Source of the DNA: Malacoraja senta
Taxonomy: Eukaryota
Length of the DNA stretch: 64,000 bases
NCBI GenBank assembly: GCA_038087875.1
Contig: CM075980.1
Location: forward strand, 10,354,001 to 10,418,000
Reading direction: 5' to 3'
Both the position numbers and the translations under genes were made by a program. The notes below the pieces were generated by a model, which had not been told where the DNA came from, did no database searches, and worked only from the letters and a program-made list of their open reading frames with translations. Below, piece by piece: positions 1-11,719 of this stretch. Position 1 is the stretch's first letter. Every line of letters starts with the position of its first letter.

Positions 1-2170
1 CTCAATCAACTGGGATAGATACCAAAGGGTGCAGGGGACCTATCCAACTCAATGTTCCTCAAGAGCCTTACTGCCGTTCTTTTTTTATCTCAAGTCACCA
101 GTTACATTTCCCAACTCACATTACATTTCATGACCAGTTTGGCCCTACTCAACACCCGGTTGAGCTCTTTGCTACTTGCCATTCCTCATAGTCCCCGCAT
201 GATGCCACTTTGTAAATCTGACATACGCTCCTGCTTTGTTTCTGGAAAGGTTTATAACCTCGGTAGTCATTCACGGATCCCTTATCATGCCATCGTTATC
301 CATCCTCCTTACTGGAACATGCTGATCCTGTACTTTGGTCAGCTGGTCTTGAAATAACTCCCATATGTTAGCTGTGGACATACTCAATAACAACTGCTCC
401 CAAACTCCTGCCTAATGACATTTTAATGTTTTGCTTCTGCCAGCATCCAGACCAATCCTTATTCAAACCAATATTAAACCTTGTAAAGTTGTGGTCAAAT
501 CCCCAAGTGCTCTTCCAGCATACCACCAGTCACATGGCCAAGCTCATTTCCCAACACAAGGTCCAGTATCGTCCATCACATTCAGACTATCCATACACCG
601 TTAAGGCAAATTTATTTGGATATACTTCATAAATTCTACCTCGTTTAACCCCCTTGCACTGAACAAAAAACAGCCAACATTGGGGAAGTTAACGATACCT
701 ACCACAACAACACTGTAGTTCATGCATCTGTATGCATATCCGATCCATCTCCCGCTGATTATTGGGTAGGTCCCATATCATAATCCCATTAGAGAAACTG
801 TTCATTTCTTATTTTTAAGCACAAACCCATATGCCTCAATAGATGTACCGTCCAGTATGTCCACTCTGAGTACCGCCATCTCAAATATCGAAGCCCTGAT
901 ACATTGAACTGCCAGTCATGTCTCTCCCACAACAAAGTTTTCATATCGGCCACGACATTATTATTCCAAGCACTGATCTCGACTCTCTGCGTTCATTAAG
1001 CTTAATCCACAATACTCCTTGCTTAAATAAACCATTTCATCCCCTAATTGCCCCATAATCATGAACCACTCCCTGCCCATCATCAGCCTTTTCCATTTGC
1101 AGACTTGCTCCTTTCGTTCCCATTCTCTGTCCATTCCAACTTAAATTATACAGAGTAGTACGAGCAAACTTCACTGCAATGATGTTTGTGTCCCGTCAGT
1201 TCAAGTGCAACCTGTCCCTCTTGTGCAGGTCGCCTTTGCGGCAATAGAAATCTCAATTGTGTACAATATGAATCTTTTCCCCTGCTCCAACACCTCGTCA
1301 TGCATTCATCTGTCCTATCCTCCTATTGCTACCCTCACTAACACGTGGCAACTGTAGAAATCTAGAGATTACCACCCTGCACGTGGTAATTTAAACTTTT
1401 ACCTAACTTTGACACTCGGTCGGACCTCATTGCTCTTCGTTATATTTGCTGAACTCACTATATTCACTCCACAGGCCCCCATCCCTTTTCCTAACTATTT
1501 TCCCAACTCTTTATACTGACTCTATAGGACCTCATCCAGTTCCCTTACATATCATTTGTGCTGACATGCACAACGACTTCTGTCTGTTCACCCACCAGCT
1601 CGAAAATGCTCTGCAGTTGTTCCAGGACTAGATCCTTGCACCAGAGAGGCAACAGTCCATACATGAGCCCTATTTGCTCCTGTCTGTCCCCCGCACTAAT
1701 GTGTTTTATCACAATCACTGCCTGACTTCATACCGCAGCACATCAGAGACAGGCCCCAGTGCCACAGACATGACAACTGCTGCTGTCCCCTGAACGGTTA
1801 CCCCCTCAACAGGTGCAAAAGAACATAGGTGTTTTGCAGGAGAATGCCTACAGGGGATTCCTGAACCCTCTGCCTACTGCCTTTGCTGATGGTCATTCAT
1901 CCATTCTTTGTCCGCACCACAGGTGTGAGTACCTCACTATGACTCCTAACTATGACTTGCTCACTCTGTGGACGAACACGAGGTCATCCAATTGCAACAG
2001 CAGATCACTAACTGGGTCTTTCAGGAGGTGCACCTGGACACACGTCCTGCAGATATAACGTTCAGAGACACTACGTCTTCTTCAGTTCCAACATCCCACA
2101 GGCTGAGCACATTAGCCTCTATCTCTATGATACCAAGACCAGTTTGTGCTGCAAAGCAAACATAAAGTGA
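1..2170 (-). mobile_element. Degenerate CR1-type LINE (ORF1 esterase region plus ORF2 endonuclease), uninterrupted copy
   Basis: Homologous to 11835-13575 plus 15452-16060, which show CR1-like motifs NFPNID, ILDL.LGNE and VVLHVSTND. Confidence 0.75.
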
Positions 2171-2805
2171 CAGACCAAACCTTATCCTAAGGTAACCCTC
2201 ACAGAAGCCTCTTGAGCTTAAGCCTCAATAAACCAATCTTACTATGGCCGCTCCAATTATGTTTACCTTCATTTTATTGGCAATTGTTATTTAGCCAAAT
2301 AACCATGTGATACTTGCCCGTAAATAACGATAGAGAAGGTGAACCAGTATTCAGATAAGCATAACTCTGAAAAGAAATATATTCTGGACTATAGTAAGAT
2401 AATGTGGAAAACGACTGAAGGGATGTTCGAATTTTTGTGGCAAAAAAAACAATCAACAGAACAATCAATGGTATAAATAAAGGAATATGACTGTGTATGC
2501 CACATCAGAGATCAGATGATATGAAATTAAAAATTATTGTAAGGAAACCGAAGCTGAGGTTGAGGGCACACACCCTTACTTGCAACACGACAGTGGTAGT
2601 CCTTACAAATCGGACAATCTGCNNNNNNNNNNNNNNNNNNNNNNNNNNNNNNNNNNNNNNNNNNNNNNNNNNNNNNNNNNNNNNNNNNNNNNNNNNNNNN
2701 NNNNNNNNNNNNNNNNNNNNNNNNNNNNNNNNNNNNNNNNNNNNNNNNNNNNNNNNNNNNNNNNNNNNNNNNNNNNNNNNNNNNNNNNNNNNNNNNNNNN
2801 NNNNN

Positions 2806-2843
2806 CTCTCTCTCTTTCGATCTCTCTCTCCCTCCCTCTCTCT
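2806..2843 (+). repeat. (CT)n microsatellite remnant between two N runs
   Basis: Direct reading; N runs at 17656 and 31800 end at the homologous position. Confidence 0.75.
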
Positions 2844-3119
2844 CGTTTTTCTTATCATAATGCTCGCACGNNNNNNNNNNNNNNNNNNNNNNNNNNNNNN
2901 NNNNNNNNNNNNNNNNNNNNNNNNNNNNNNNNNNNNNNNNNNNNNNNNNNNNNNNNNNNNNNNNNNNNNNNNNNNNNNNNNNNNNNNNNNNNNNNNNNNN
3001 NNNNNNNNNNNNNNNNNNNNNNNNNNNNNNNNNNNNNNNNNNNNNNNNNNNNNNNNNNNNNNNNNNNNNNTACTCGACACCAAATTGTCATTTACCTTGA
3101 AAATAATTTGACACAGTAC

Positions 3120-3218
3120 GAATCTGGCAACTTCTGATTGGCGCAACACGCATTCTGATTTGACTGTTGATGGATAGATAAGGAACTCGCGGTGACGCCT
3201 TGTCATACGGTTCATAAG
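3120..3218 (+). promoter_or_regulatory. Putative promoter of cluster 1: CCAAT block, GATA, TGAC-N5-GTCA, weak TATA-like element
   Basis: GAATCTGGCAACTTCTGATTGGC 3120-3142, GGATAGATAA 3172-3181, TGAC/GTCA 3193-3205, TTCATAAG 3211-3218; same blocks in the same order upstream of diverged cluster 4. Confidence 0.65.
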
Positions 3219-3278
3219 CGACCCGGGAGAAACACTGAGAAGCCACTTCACCTGGGGTTCTCCGCTCAATTAATTACA

Positions 3279-3327
3279 ATGTCTTGCTGGATCTCTCTAG
3301 TCTATGCCTTAGCATTTTCCGCAGTTT
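3279..3327 (+). CDS. IgL: Ig light chain cluster 1, leader exon (MSCWISLVYALAFSAV)
   Basis: ATG at 3279, hydrophobic 16 codons + 1 nt, GTGAGT donor at 3328; 125-nt phase-1 intron ending in a pyrimidine tract and AG at 3451-3452. Confidence 0.93.
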
Positions 3328-3452
3328 GTGAGTATTTACTTCAACCGACATAATATTCAATCTCGAGTACGATTAAACCTTTCTATCCATGGCAATTCGG
3401 CTGTTTCTCTGATATAACTTAATATTCTACTTTTTTCTGGTTTGTTTTTCAG

Positions 3453-3797
3453 ATATAAATGCGCAATTTGCAGTAAATCAACCGTCTTCAAAATCCACAT
3501 CTCTGGGGCAGAACGTGGAAATAGCCTGTACCCTGTCTGGCGGCAGTTTAGGTAACAGTGACGTTTCCTGGTACCAGCAGATTCCCGGAACGGTTCCGCG
3601 GTATTTGTTCTACTATTATTCGGGAAGCAGCATTAGCAGAGGCTCGGGAGTTTCGGAACGTTTCTCCGGATCAGTGTCAGGCAACACTGCAACATTGACA
3701 ATATCGAACGTGCAGTCGGGGGACGCAGCGGATTACTACTGTGCTGTGTGGAAAGATGCTTTAATCTTCGGCAAGGGAACGAGGCTGGGTATTGGCA
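3453..3797 (+). CDS. IgL: Ig light chain cluster 1, germline-joined VJ exon
   Basis: Open frame QFAVNQP...IAC...VSWYQQIPG...[25 protein letters not shown] with both V cysteines, Trp and FGxG; V runs straight into J with no RSS; GTAAGT donor at 3798. Confidence 0.96.
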
Positions 3798-3821
3798 GTA
3801 AGTAAAATACCTTCTATCTTT

Positions 3822-4500
3822 GGGTAGACACAAAAAGCTGGAGTAACGCAGCGAGACAGGCAGCATCCCTGGAGAGAAGGGAAGGGTTGTAGGAAGGAAC
3901 TGCAGATGTTGGTTTAAACCGAAGATAAGCACGACAAGCTGGACAGGCAGCATCTCTGTAGGGAATGAATGGGTCTGCAGTTTCTTCCTGCATATTCTAT
4001 CTTTGGGTTATTGACATTGCAGTGAAAAGTAATTGGTTTTCTGTCGCTAATCGATGGTTCAAAGAAAAAGCGTTTAACGCTAATATGTTCAGCGTTCGCC
4101 CAAAGTCGAGTTTCCTTTGGCAAATTATTAGACGTAGCTCTATCAAAGGGCTTGATGCTAGGGCGGCTGTTTGCAATTTTTACACTAAATAAATTAAATA
4201 AAAGGTATTTAAAGCTGATATTTTTTGGCAAATTAGTTGACAACAGCAATGAAAGGATGAAACGGCTGTCCAGCTGTTTTATTATTCTTAATTACTTTGC
4301 GGACGGCGAGCTAACAATTATCAACCCTGGATAAGAATTAGACGGAACGTATGGGAACGGGAAATACATTTGGAGGGACAAGGAACTGCAGATGCTGGTT
4401 TACAAAAAAAGACACAAAGCTCTGGAGTGACTCAGCGGGTAGGGCAGCATCTCTGGTGAACATGGATAGGTACGTTTCGGTTCGGGTCCCTTCTTCAAAT
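3822..4500. mobile_element. Penelope-like short repeat fragments in the J-C intron (about 3822-3980 and 4378-4500; shared with clusters 2 and 3)
   Basis: GAACTGCAGATGCTGG / GCTGGAGT..CTCAGC / GCAGCATCTCTG motif family seen many times in the window; classification by recall. Confidence 0.55.
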
Positions 4501-5173
4501 CAGTTTTGTTTCGTTTGACATCTTATAACGCATTTTGCTTTTGTGCCATTAAGCGAAAGGAATAAGATTCGCTATTCAACTTCAGAAATCTGAGCTGAAT
4601 TATTACTTCAAAGAGAAGAGACGGGTCGAGAAAAAACAAACATATACGTTTCAGCATTAATGTAAATCATATCAACGACTATTTAATATGCGAGAAAACG
4701 GTAAATTTAACGTTGCTGCAAATCTAGTCTGTTCATAGATGGCTAAAACGGCAAAATATTCTTGTCGCTAAAATCCAACCATTAGTAACATTTGGGTATC
4801 TGATCTTAATAAATAAACAGATGAATTAAGGGAAGGTATTTAAAGAAAACTCAAGTTTTAAGCGAGTTTAGTGGAACTTTGGAAGCAATGAAAACCCGTA
4901 ACTGGCTGTAGTGTAAAACACTGTTGTTGTTTTTTTTATTGTAGCTGAAGCCAATGGAAATAATACTCTGGAGATCAATTAAAAACACTTCCGAAATAAT
5001 ATATTTTACGCTGCTGCGTATATTCTGTTCCATTGCCATAAATAGCAGTTATTTTTTGGGGATCTCACTTGGAACGAATGAATCCATGCTATACCAACTG
5101 TATTTTTACAAAGACAATGTTTAACCGAAGCAGTTCTGTTAGCCCTACTAATCTGTGACTTTATTTTAAATAG

Positions 5174-5496
5174 AACCTCAGCCCCCAGCGGTGTCCGTTC
5201 TTGGACCTTCAGCGCAAGAAATGACGGGAAAGGGCACCGCCACCCTTGTGTGTTTGGTGAACGGGTTTAATCCGGGTGCTGTGGAAATTGACTGGACTGT
5301 GGACGGCAGTGCGAGAAGTGATGGCGTTGAAACCAGCCGAATCCAACAAGAGGCGGACAACACGTTCAGTGCGAGCAGTTACCTGACTCTGCCAGCCACA
5401 GTCTGGAACTCACACGAGCTTTACTCCTGTGTGGTTAAACACGAGTCGCGGGCAAGCCCGGTGCAGGGAAACATCGCCAGGTCCGGCTGTCTGTAA
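5174..5496 (+). CDS. IgL: Ig light chain cluster 1, constant exon (lambda/type II-like)
   Basis: TAG acceptor 5171-5173 after a TACTAAT branch-like site; C1-set domain ATLVCLV...W...YSCVVKH, penultimate Cys, TAA. Spliced CDS 49+345+323=717 nt (238 aa). Confidence 0.95.
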
Positions 5497-5710
5497 AACT
5501 TCTAGATTCCAACTAATCAAGCTGAAAAATAGTTTTGCTCCGTCTTTCATTTGTCAAAAAATGGTATAAAAATATTCTCTGTTATCGACTAGCATTTGCG
5601 TTAAAATTGTCATTTGTCTCGCTGTTTGTAAACGTCATTCCATCGAAGCAACTCGTTGTGAATTCAAACGCAAATGTTATTCAATCTGTTAAATGCATTC
5701 CCAAATATCC

Positions 5711-5716
5711 ATTAAA
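5711..5716 (+). terminator. Candidate poly(A) signal ATTAAA of cluster 1 (equivalents 22223-22228, 36475-36480)
   Basis: Variant hexamer about 215 nt after the stop followed by GT-rich sequence; present in all three paralogs. Confidence 0.35.
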
Positions 5717-6325
5717 AGACAGTGGTCTAATTCAGGTTTGTTTTGCTTTACCACGATACTAGCATTTACAAATACAACTCTCGACTAAAATCAATAATTC
5801 AATCTTATGAGCAATACATGTGTTTGATTTTTATTTCTGATCACAGAAAATCAAATGTATTTAATCAACCTTCATTATTTTACCTTATGGAAGAACCGGT
5901 GATAAATGGTGCCGAACGTTATGTTATAAACTGGTGTGATTATAAATTGGTTCATTTACCCGCGCGCGCGCACACGCACACGCACGAACAAAATGGCGCG
6001 CTCATGTAGAAACGCATTCGAGGACAGACAGTAATCGTTATATTTGACCTTGCTAATACTATTCACTTAGCAATTCCAAGCTATTTCATCTGTGAATTAA
6101 ATGGGTGGGGCTGGTGGTGAGTGAGTGACAGTAATATGGTCTTTCTGCCTTTATATAGGGCGCTAGCACACATGGAGTATCACATATAGTTTTACTTTCC
6201 TCGCCTAATAGAGGTACTGAAGTTCTTGGTTAGTTCCTGCTGAGCTGATTAGTGGGATAAGTGCACGCTGCGAGGAACGACTGAGAAGTACAGCCTACCT
6301 TCTCATCCACTCCCTACACAGTGGG

Positions 6326-6506
6326 GGGCAATTGTACAGAGCCCAATTACTTATGAACCCGCAATCTTTGGGATGTGGGAGGCAACCCACGACATCACGT
6401 GGAGAATGTGTAAACTCCTCACAGACAGCACCCGAGCTCAGGATTGAACCCAGGTCTCTGGCGCTGTCGAGGCAGCTGCTCTACCAGGTACGCCACTGTG
6501 CCGCCC
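6326..6506 (-). mobile_element. tRNA-derived V-SINE, HE1-like (paralogs about 23195-23375, 37225-37402)
   Basis: Minus strand starts GGGCGGCACAGTGGCG...GGTTCAATCC (A/B boxes) followed by a V-domain-like GAGTTTACACATTCTCC. Confidence 0.7.
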
Positions 6507-6789
6507 TACACTATAAAATATATCAGCCACTGTAATATATAAAACTCTTAGTGGTCTTGGCAGGAAAGATGCAGACGTTATTTCTCCTGATAGATGAGTG
6601 CAAACTAAAGTTTGCAGTATCCACAGAGCGCAGAACACAGTACAGCACAGCACACGAACAAGCCTTTCGGCACTCCATGTCTCTGCTGACATGAGGCCAA
6701 AACCATTTTTTTTCTGCGTGCACGCGATCCGTATACCTACATTCTTACACCCAGAAGTCTTTCATATACCACTGTTGCATGTGCCGCCA

Positions 6790-7260
6790 CCATGAGCCTC
6801 GCCAACGCCTTCCGGGTCCTCACCAACCTCTGTATATAAAATGTCCATGCGTCTCTCACCTTAAAGCTATGTCATCTCGTCCTTAATATTTCCATTCTGA
6901 GAGGAAATGGTAATGATTCTCTGCCATATCTATGACTCTCATAATTTAATATATTTCTAGCTGGTCTCCCCTCATCGTCAACGGTTACAGAGAAATCAAC
7001 CCAATTCTGTCCAACCTCTGTTCGTAGCTCTGTTCGTAATACCTCTAATTCAGGTATCATGCTGGTAAACATCCTCTGCGCCCTTTCCAAGGCCAAGACG
7101 TCCATCTAGTATTGGGGCGACCAGAAATGATGGCAGTACCCGAAATGCAGCCGAACAAAGGTCCTACAGGTCCTTATCCTGAATGCCCTGCCCAATGAAG
7201 GAAAACATACAATATGTCTTCTTACTACTCAGTATAGTAGCGTTGCCACTGAGGGAGATA
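6790..7260 (-). mobile_element. CR1 RT C-terminal fragment (paralogs about 23640-24130, 37680-38170)
   Basis: ORF 6872-7105 DVLALERAQRMFTSMIP. Confidence 0.7.
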
Positions 7261-9297
7261 TAGACTTGGTCCCCAAAATTCCCAAAAGTACATCAATACT
7301 GTTGTTATTAATCGAAAGTAGACACAAATTGCTGGAGTAACTCAGCGGGTCAGGCAGCATCTCGTATATTTCCCCTTACAATCCACACCTCCCGCAGCAC
7401 TTCAATGCTCTGGTTAATCTGCATATATCATTTCATCTCTCATTTTTATACCTAGTCTTTAACCTGCTGTATACTTTGACGGCCTTCCGTACTGTCCGCA
7501 ACCCAAATCTAGCTGTCATCTGTAAACTTACTAACTGCTGGAGAAGGTGCAGAGATCTTTGTCATGGCTCCTGCAAACTCGTCTTTTGTGTCTCTCAATG
7601 ATCTGTCCATTCGTGCACACTGCCCCTCAAGACACCCAACACCTACTTCTGAATCACACAGTTCCCTTGCATATGAATGTACGCCACATTGATCTCACTC
7701 TCCTACTTGTCCTGCTCGTTGGTGAAAAGACATACAACGCACTCATTTAAAACCTCGCCTATATCCCTTGACTCAAAGCACAAATTCCTCCCTTTATCCT
7801 CGAGTTACCATCTTTCTGGTTACCCTCTTGCATTTAATTTAGGTATAAAAAGCCTTGCGAACTTTTTTAATCTAGTTCGACAAACCCCTTTCTTGCCCAC
7901 TTTTGGCTCTTCTAATGGACCGCTTAAGTTATTTCCAACTCGATTTTATATTTCTGCCTGATTTCATCTTCAGATAATGGGTTGGGTAATCAGGATTGAA
8001 AAGAAAAGTATTCTTGGCTGGATGCGATTATAATTTTTTGGATACTTTACTCCATATGCTTCCCGGTACTCAGATTGATATTGAAATGACTTTAAGCGAT
8101 AGAAGGGAGTTGGGAAAAGGGCGTGACACTGCAATTTGCTGAAACGTTCAACCCATGACTCCCGGTGAAGTCTTGAACAACTTACATATTCCTTCTTCTT
8201 ATGTTCCCGGTAAGAAATTGGCAAAACGGAGACACGTGACAATAATAATAAACCACAAACAAACAAACTCGGAAATGAATTTTGTGACCATGACCGTTAC
8301 TCGGAACTATTAGATCTCAATGGAGTTTGCCTCTCGACAATGCCCCTCCTATAATGTTCTACTGCATGGAAGTCCTTCGCTCGATTCCTTTTGGACATCT
8401 CCGATAATATCAATAATATCGCAGCAATTTACTCTCTTTCTAATATCTCATTATTTTGTGAGCTCTGAAGGCAACACTGGGTCCTTCTATTCCGTAGTTG
8501 GGTACTGCCCTTGACACCAAACCCACAAGACGCAAATTCCTGTCCGGATGTTCATAAATGATATTGACTTAGCTCTTCATTGTTTCACACCTATCTGATT
8601 AATGAATTATGGACCAAATCTTTTTTCTGCCTTTAGCAGCCGAAGACCAGTTGGTGCATCTCAGTCTCTCTATACCACAAGATGTTTCCGCCGAATCCTG
8701 TCTTCAAATTGAACTGACAGCCTGCAATTTCAAGTCCTTCTAAACAGCACCAAGTCCTCCAGTTATCTACATTGCTATCACTGCGACTTACGCACGAACA
8801 ATGCTCTCGTTCCGCCTCCATCATAGTCTGATAAATGCCCATTCGTGTTTTTAGTGCTTAGAGGCACCGGTCATAAATGTCCTCGCTAACGACGTCCTTC
8901 ACCACCAGAAACCTCGGCTAGATTAATAGCTCATCACGAATTGTCTATAATTGCGTACAACAATCCTAATTTCTCTCATTCTTCTGAGTCTCCCTGTTAA
9001 GTCAGCGGTTCGGCTACTCAAGGTAGATAAGGAGTACCAATTTAAGACAAAGAGAACCACATGTGCTGGATTCACCAGCTGCTGGAGTACTCGGCGGGTC
9101 AGGTAGCAATTGTGAAATAAATGGATAGGCGACGTTTAGGTCAGATGCTGCGTGACGCGTCGAGATATTCGATCACTTTGTGTTTTATTTAACCATAAAT
9201 AACTGCCCAACCCAATATACTAAATTTCACTAACTACAAAAAATATTTGCCCATTCCCCATTCCTCATATTTTAAAGATAACATTCACACAGCTTTT

Positions 9298-11015
9298 TTT
9301 TTTTAATTTTTTTATTTTATTAGAAGTAAGTACAATTGTATACAATCATATCTTCATAATACCTTTTATGTACAGCTTCTTATTTAAAAAAAATTGAAAT
9401 AAAGAAGAAAAAGAAAAAAGTTAGATAATGAAAATAGAAAAATGTGAGATATATAGTGTGTGAAAAGAAAAATAAAGAATGAAAAAAGAAAGTTGAGACA
9501 TAGAAAATAGAAGAAAGAGAGTAAAAGAAAAGAAGAGAAGAAAAGAAAATAGAAGGAGCATTTATAATCTTGGCCATCCGCAGTCACGGTTAGCTTTTAC
9601 ACCTGTTTTGCACCATACGTTTCCAAAAAGACGACAAGTGGAGACCAACTCGTTATGAATTGGTCAAATTTATCTATTAGGAGGAATCGCATTTCCTCAA
9701 GATGTGCGGTATCCAACATACTTGCAATCCACATTTTGAGCGTTGGTATTGGTGTATTTTCCAAAATTTCAATATTAATTTTTTGCTATTATTAAACCAT
9801 AATTAAAAATTGACTTTTGAGATGAGCTCAATTTGTTCCCGTCTTCCATTACCCCAAATATAATCAATTCATTATTGGGTTCCATTTTTGTCTTAAATAG
9901 TTTTGTAAATATTTCGAAAATATCACTCCAAAATCCATGAAGTTTTATACAAGAAACAAAAGAGTGTGTTATAGTTGCTTCTTGGATTAAACATTTATCG
10001 CAAATGGGCGATATATTTGGATAACATTTATTTAATCTTGTTTTTGAGTAATATATTCTATGTAAAATTTTAATTGGATTAGATTATGTCTTGCGTTAAT
10101 CGAACACTTGTGAATGTATGTCAAATACTTTTCCCATGTAGCCTTCGTAATTGTTATCAATAATTCCCGTTCCCACTCTTCTCTAATTACCTCGGTCACA
10201 GGTAAATCTATATTTAAGATATTATTATATAAATATGATATTAATTTTTGTGTATCAGCTTTTATATTCATTACTTCTTCTAGTAAATCAGGAGTTATTT
10301 TTTGATATCCCTGTATGTATGTCTTCAAAAAATTACAAATCTGAAAATAATTAAAATAATGTGTGTTTTTCAGTTTAAATTTTAATTGTAATTGTTGAAA
10401 TGATAATAAATCTCCCATTTCATACATATCCTCGATCCTTTTAATTCCTAAACTTTCCCATTGATTATATATTTTATCCATCATAGATGGTTTAAATAAA
10501 GGATTATTCGCTATCGGTGTTAACAATGATAGGTTTCTTAATTTTAAGGATAATTTTATTTGTTTCCATATTCTTATTGTATCTTGTATAATTGGGTTTT
10601 TCTTATATATTGTATTGTTCATTTTTTTCGGGGAGAAGAGGATTGTTCCTATATTACAAGGATAACAATCCTCTTTCTCCATTTTTATCCATTATGTCTG
10701 TTGAGTTGAACTATCCAACCAGTAAATTATATTCTTAATATGTATTGCCCAATAGTAATACAAAAAATTAGGGAGTGAAAGTCCCCCGAAATCTTTTGGT
10801 TTACATAAGTGTTGTTTTTTAATTCTATGTGATTTGTAATCCCAAACAAAATTAGTAATATTAGCGTTCAGTTTAGAAAAAAAATATTTTTGGTACATAT
10901 ACTGGTATAGATTGAAATAGGTATAATAACTGTGGTAGGAAGCTCATTTTAATAGCATTTATTCTGCCTATTAATGATAAAGGGAGTGTTTTCCAAAATG
11001 TTATCATTATATTAA
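9298..11015 (-). mobile_element. 5'-truncated L1-clade LINE with 15-bp TSD
   Basis: ORF2 C-terminus (ORFs 10032-10682, 10692-10898; HKCSINARH..IQ); poly(T) on + at the left end; TSD ATTCACACAGCTTTT at 9283-9297 and 11016-11030; empty site at 40095-40109. Confidence 0.9.
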
Positions 11016-11204
11016 ATTCACACAGCTTTTCACGGCTATTCGTCAAAATGCAACATTTTCTTCAGAATCTCCGAAATCTTATTTGACCTGCAAAGTGCCA
11101 TGGATTTGTCGACCAAAGCTTTTCATCCAAACTGGTCGGGGTCACCTTGTATGCCTGGCCAACGCCAATTTAATCTTCACTGTTTATTGAACCATATAAG
11201 ATTA

Positions 11205-11569
11205 TTAAGCGGTTGGACACGCCAGAGGCAGGAAACATGTTCCCGATGTTGGGGGAGTCCAGAACCAGGGCCACAATTTAAGAACAAGGGGTAAGCTATT
11301 TAGAACGGAAATGAGGAAACACTTTTTCACACAGAGAGTTGTTAGTCTGTGGAATTCTCTGCCTCAGAGGGGGGGTGGAGGCCGGTTCCCTGGAAACTTT
11401 CAAGAGATTGCTAGATAGGGTTGAAGATAGCGGAGTCAGGGGATATGGGGAGAAGGCAGGAACAGGGTACTGATTGTGAGTGATCAGCCATGATCACATT
11501 GAATGTCGGTGCTGGCTTGAAGGACCGTATGGCCTAATCCTGCACCTATTGTCTTTTGGCTATTGTCTA
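11205..11569 (+). mobile_element. CR1 3'-end fragment (paralogs 25595-25960, 40281-40647)
   Basis: ORF2 C-terminal motif RTRGHNL...FFTQRVVSLWNSLP followed by 3' UTR. Confidence 0.8.
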
Positions 11570-11719
11570 ATACACAGCCATGCCTATCACTAACTAGCTC
11601 ATTCTCCTTCAAATGGGAGTAAATCTCAATGAATTATCTCCAATAGTTCCCTACTACTGACGTGAGTCTCATTGGCCTCTATTTCCCTGGATTCTTTCAA
11701 CATTTCAATAAACAAAGAA

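Noticed and set aside
2497-3269. Long ORFs spanning N runs (also 17635-18086, 31758-32184, 40855-41271)
   Set aside because: Artefacts of translating Ns.
3735-3745. TACTGTG heptamer-like sequence at the V 3' end
   Set aside because: It is simply the Tyr-Cys codons common to most V genes; no nonamer at a proper spacing was seen.
5178-5363. Antisense ORFs over C and V exons (also 21693-21878, 35942-36163, 55777-56028, 3633-3953)
   Set aside because: Shadows of the sense coding frames with no independent support.
6317-6344. CACAGTG + 12 nt + ACAGAGCCC, resembling a 12-RSS
   Set aside because: Nonamer matches 6/9 and lies in SINE sequence; it is about 820 nt past C, flanks no V or J, and is altered or deleted in the other two units.
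9380-9587. Phe/Ser/Leu-rich ORFs resembling membrane proteins
   Set aside because: Low-complexity purine tract in the L1 3' UTR.
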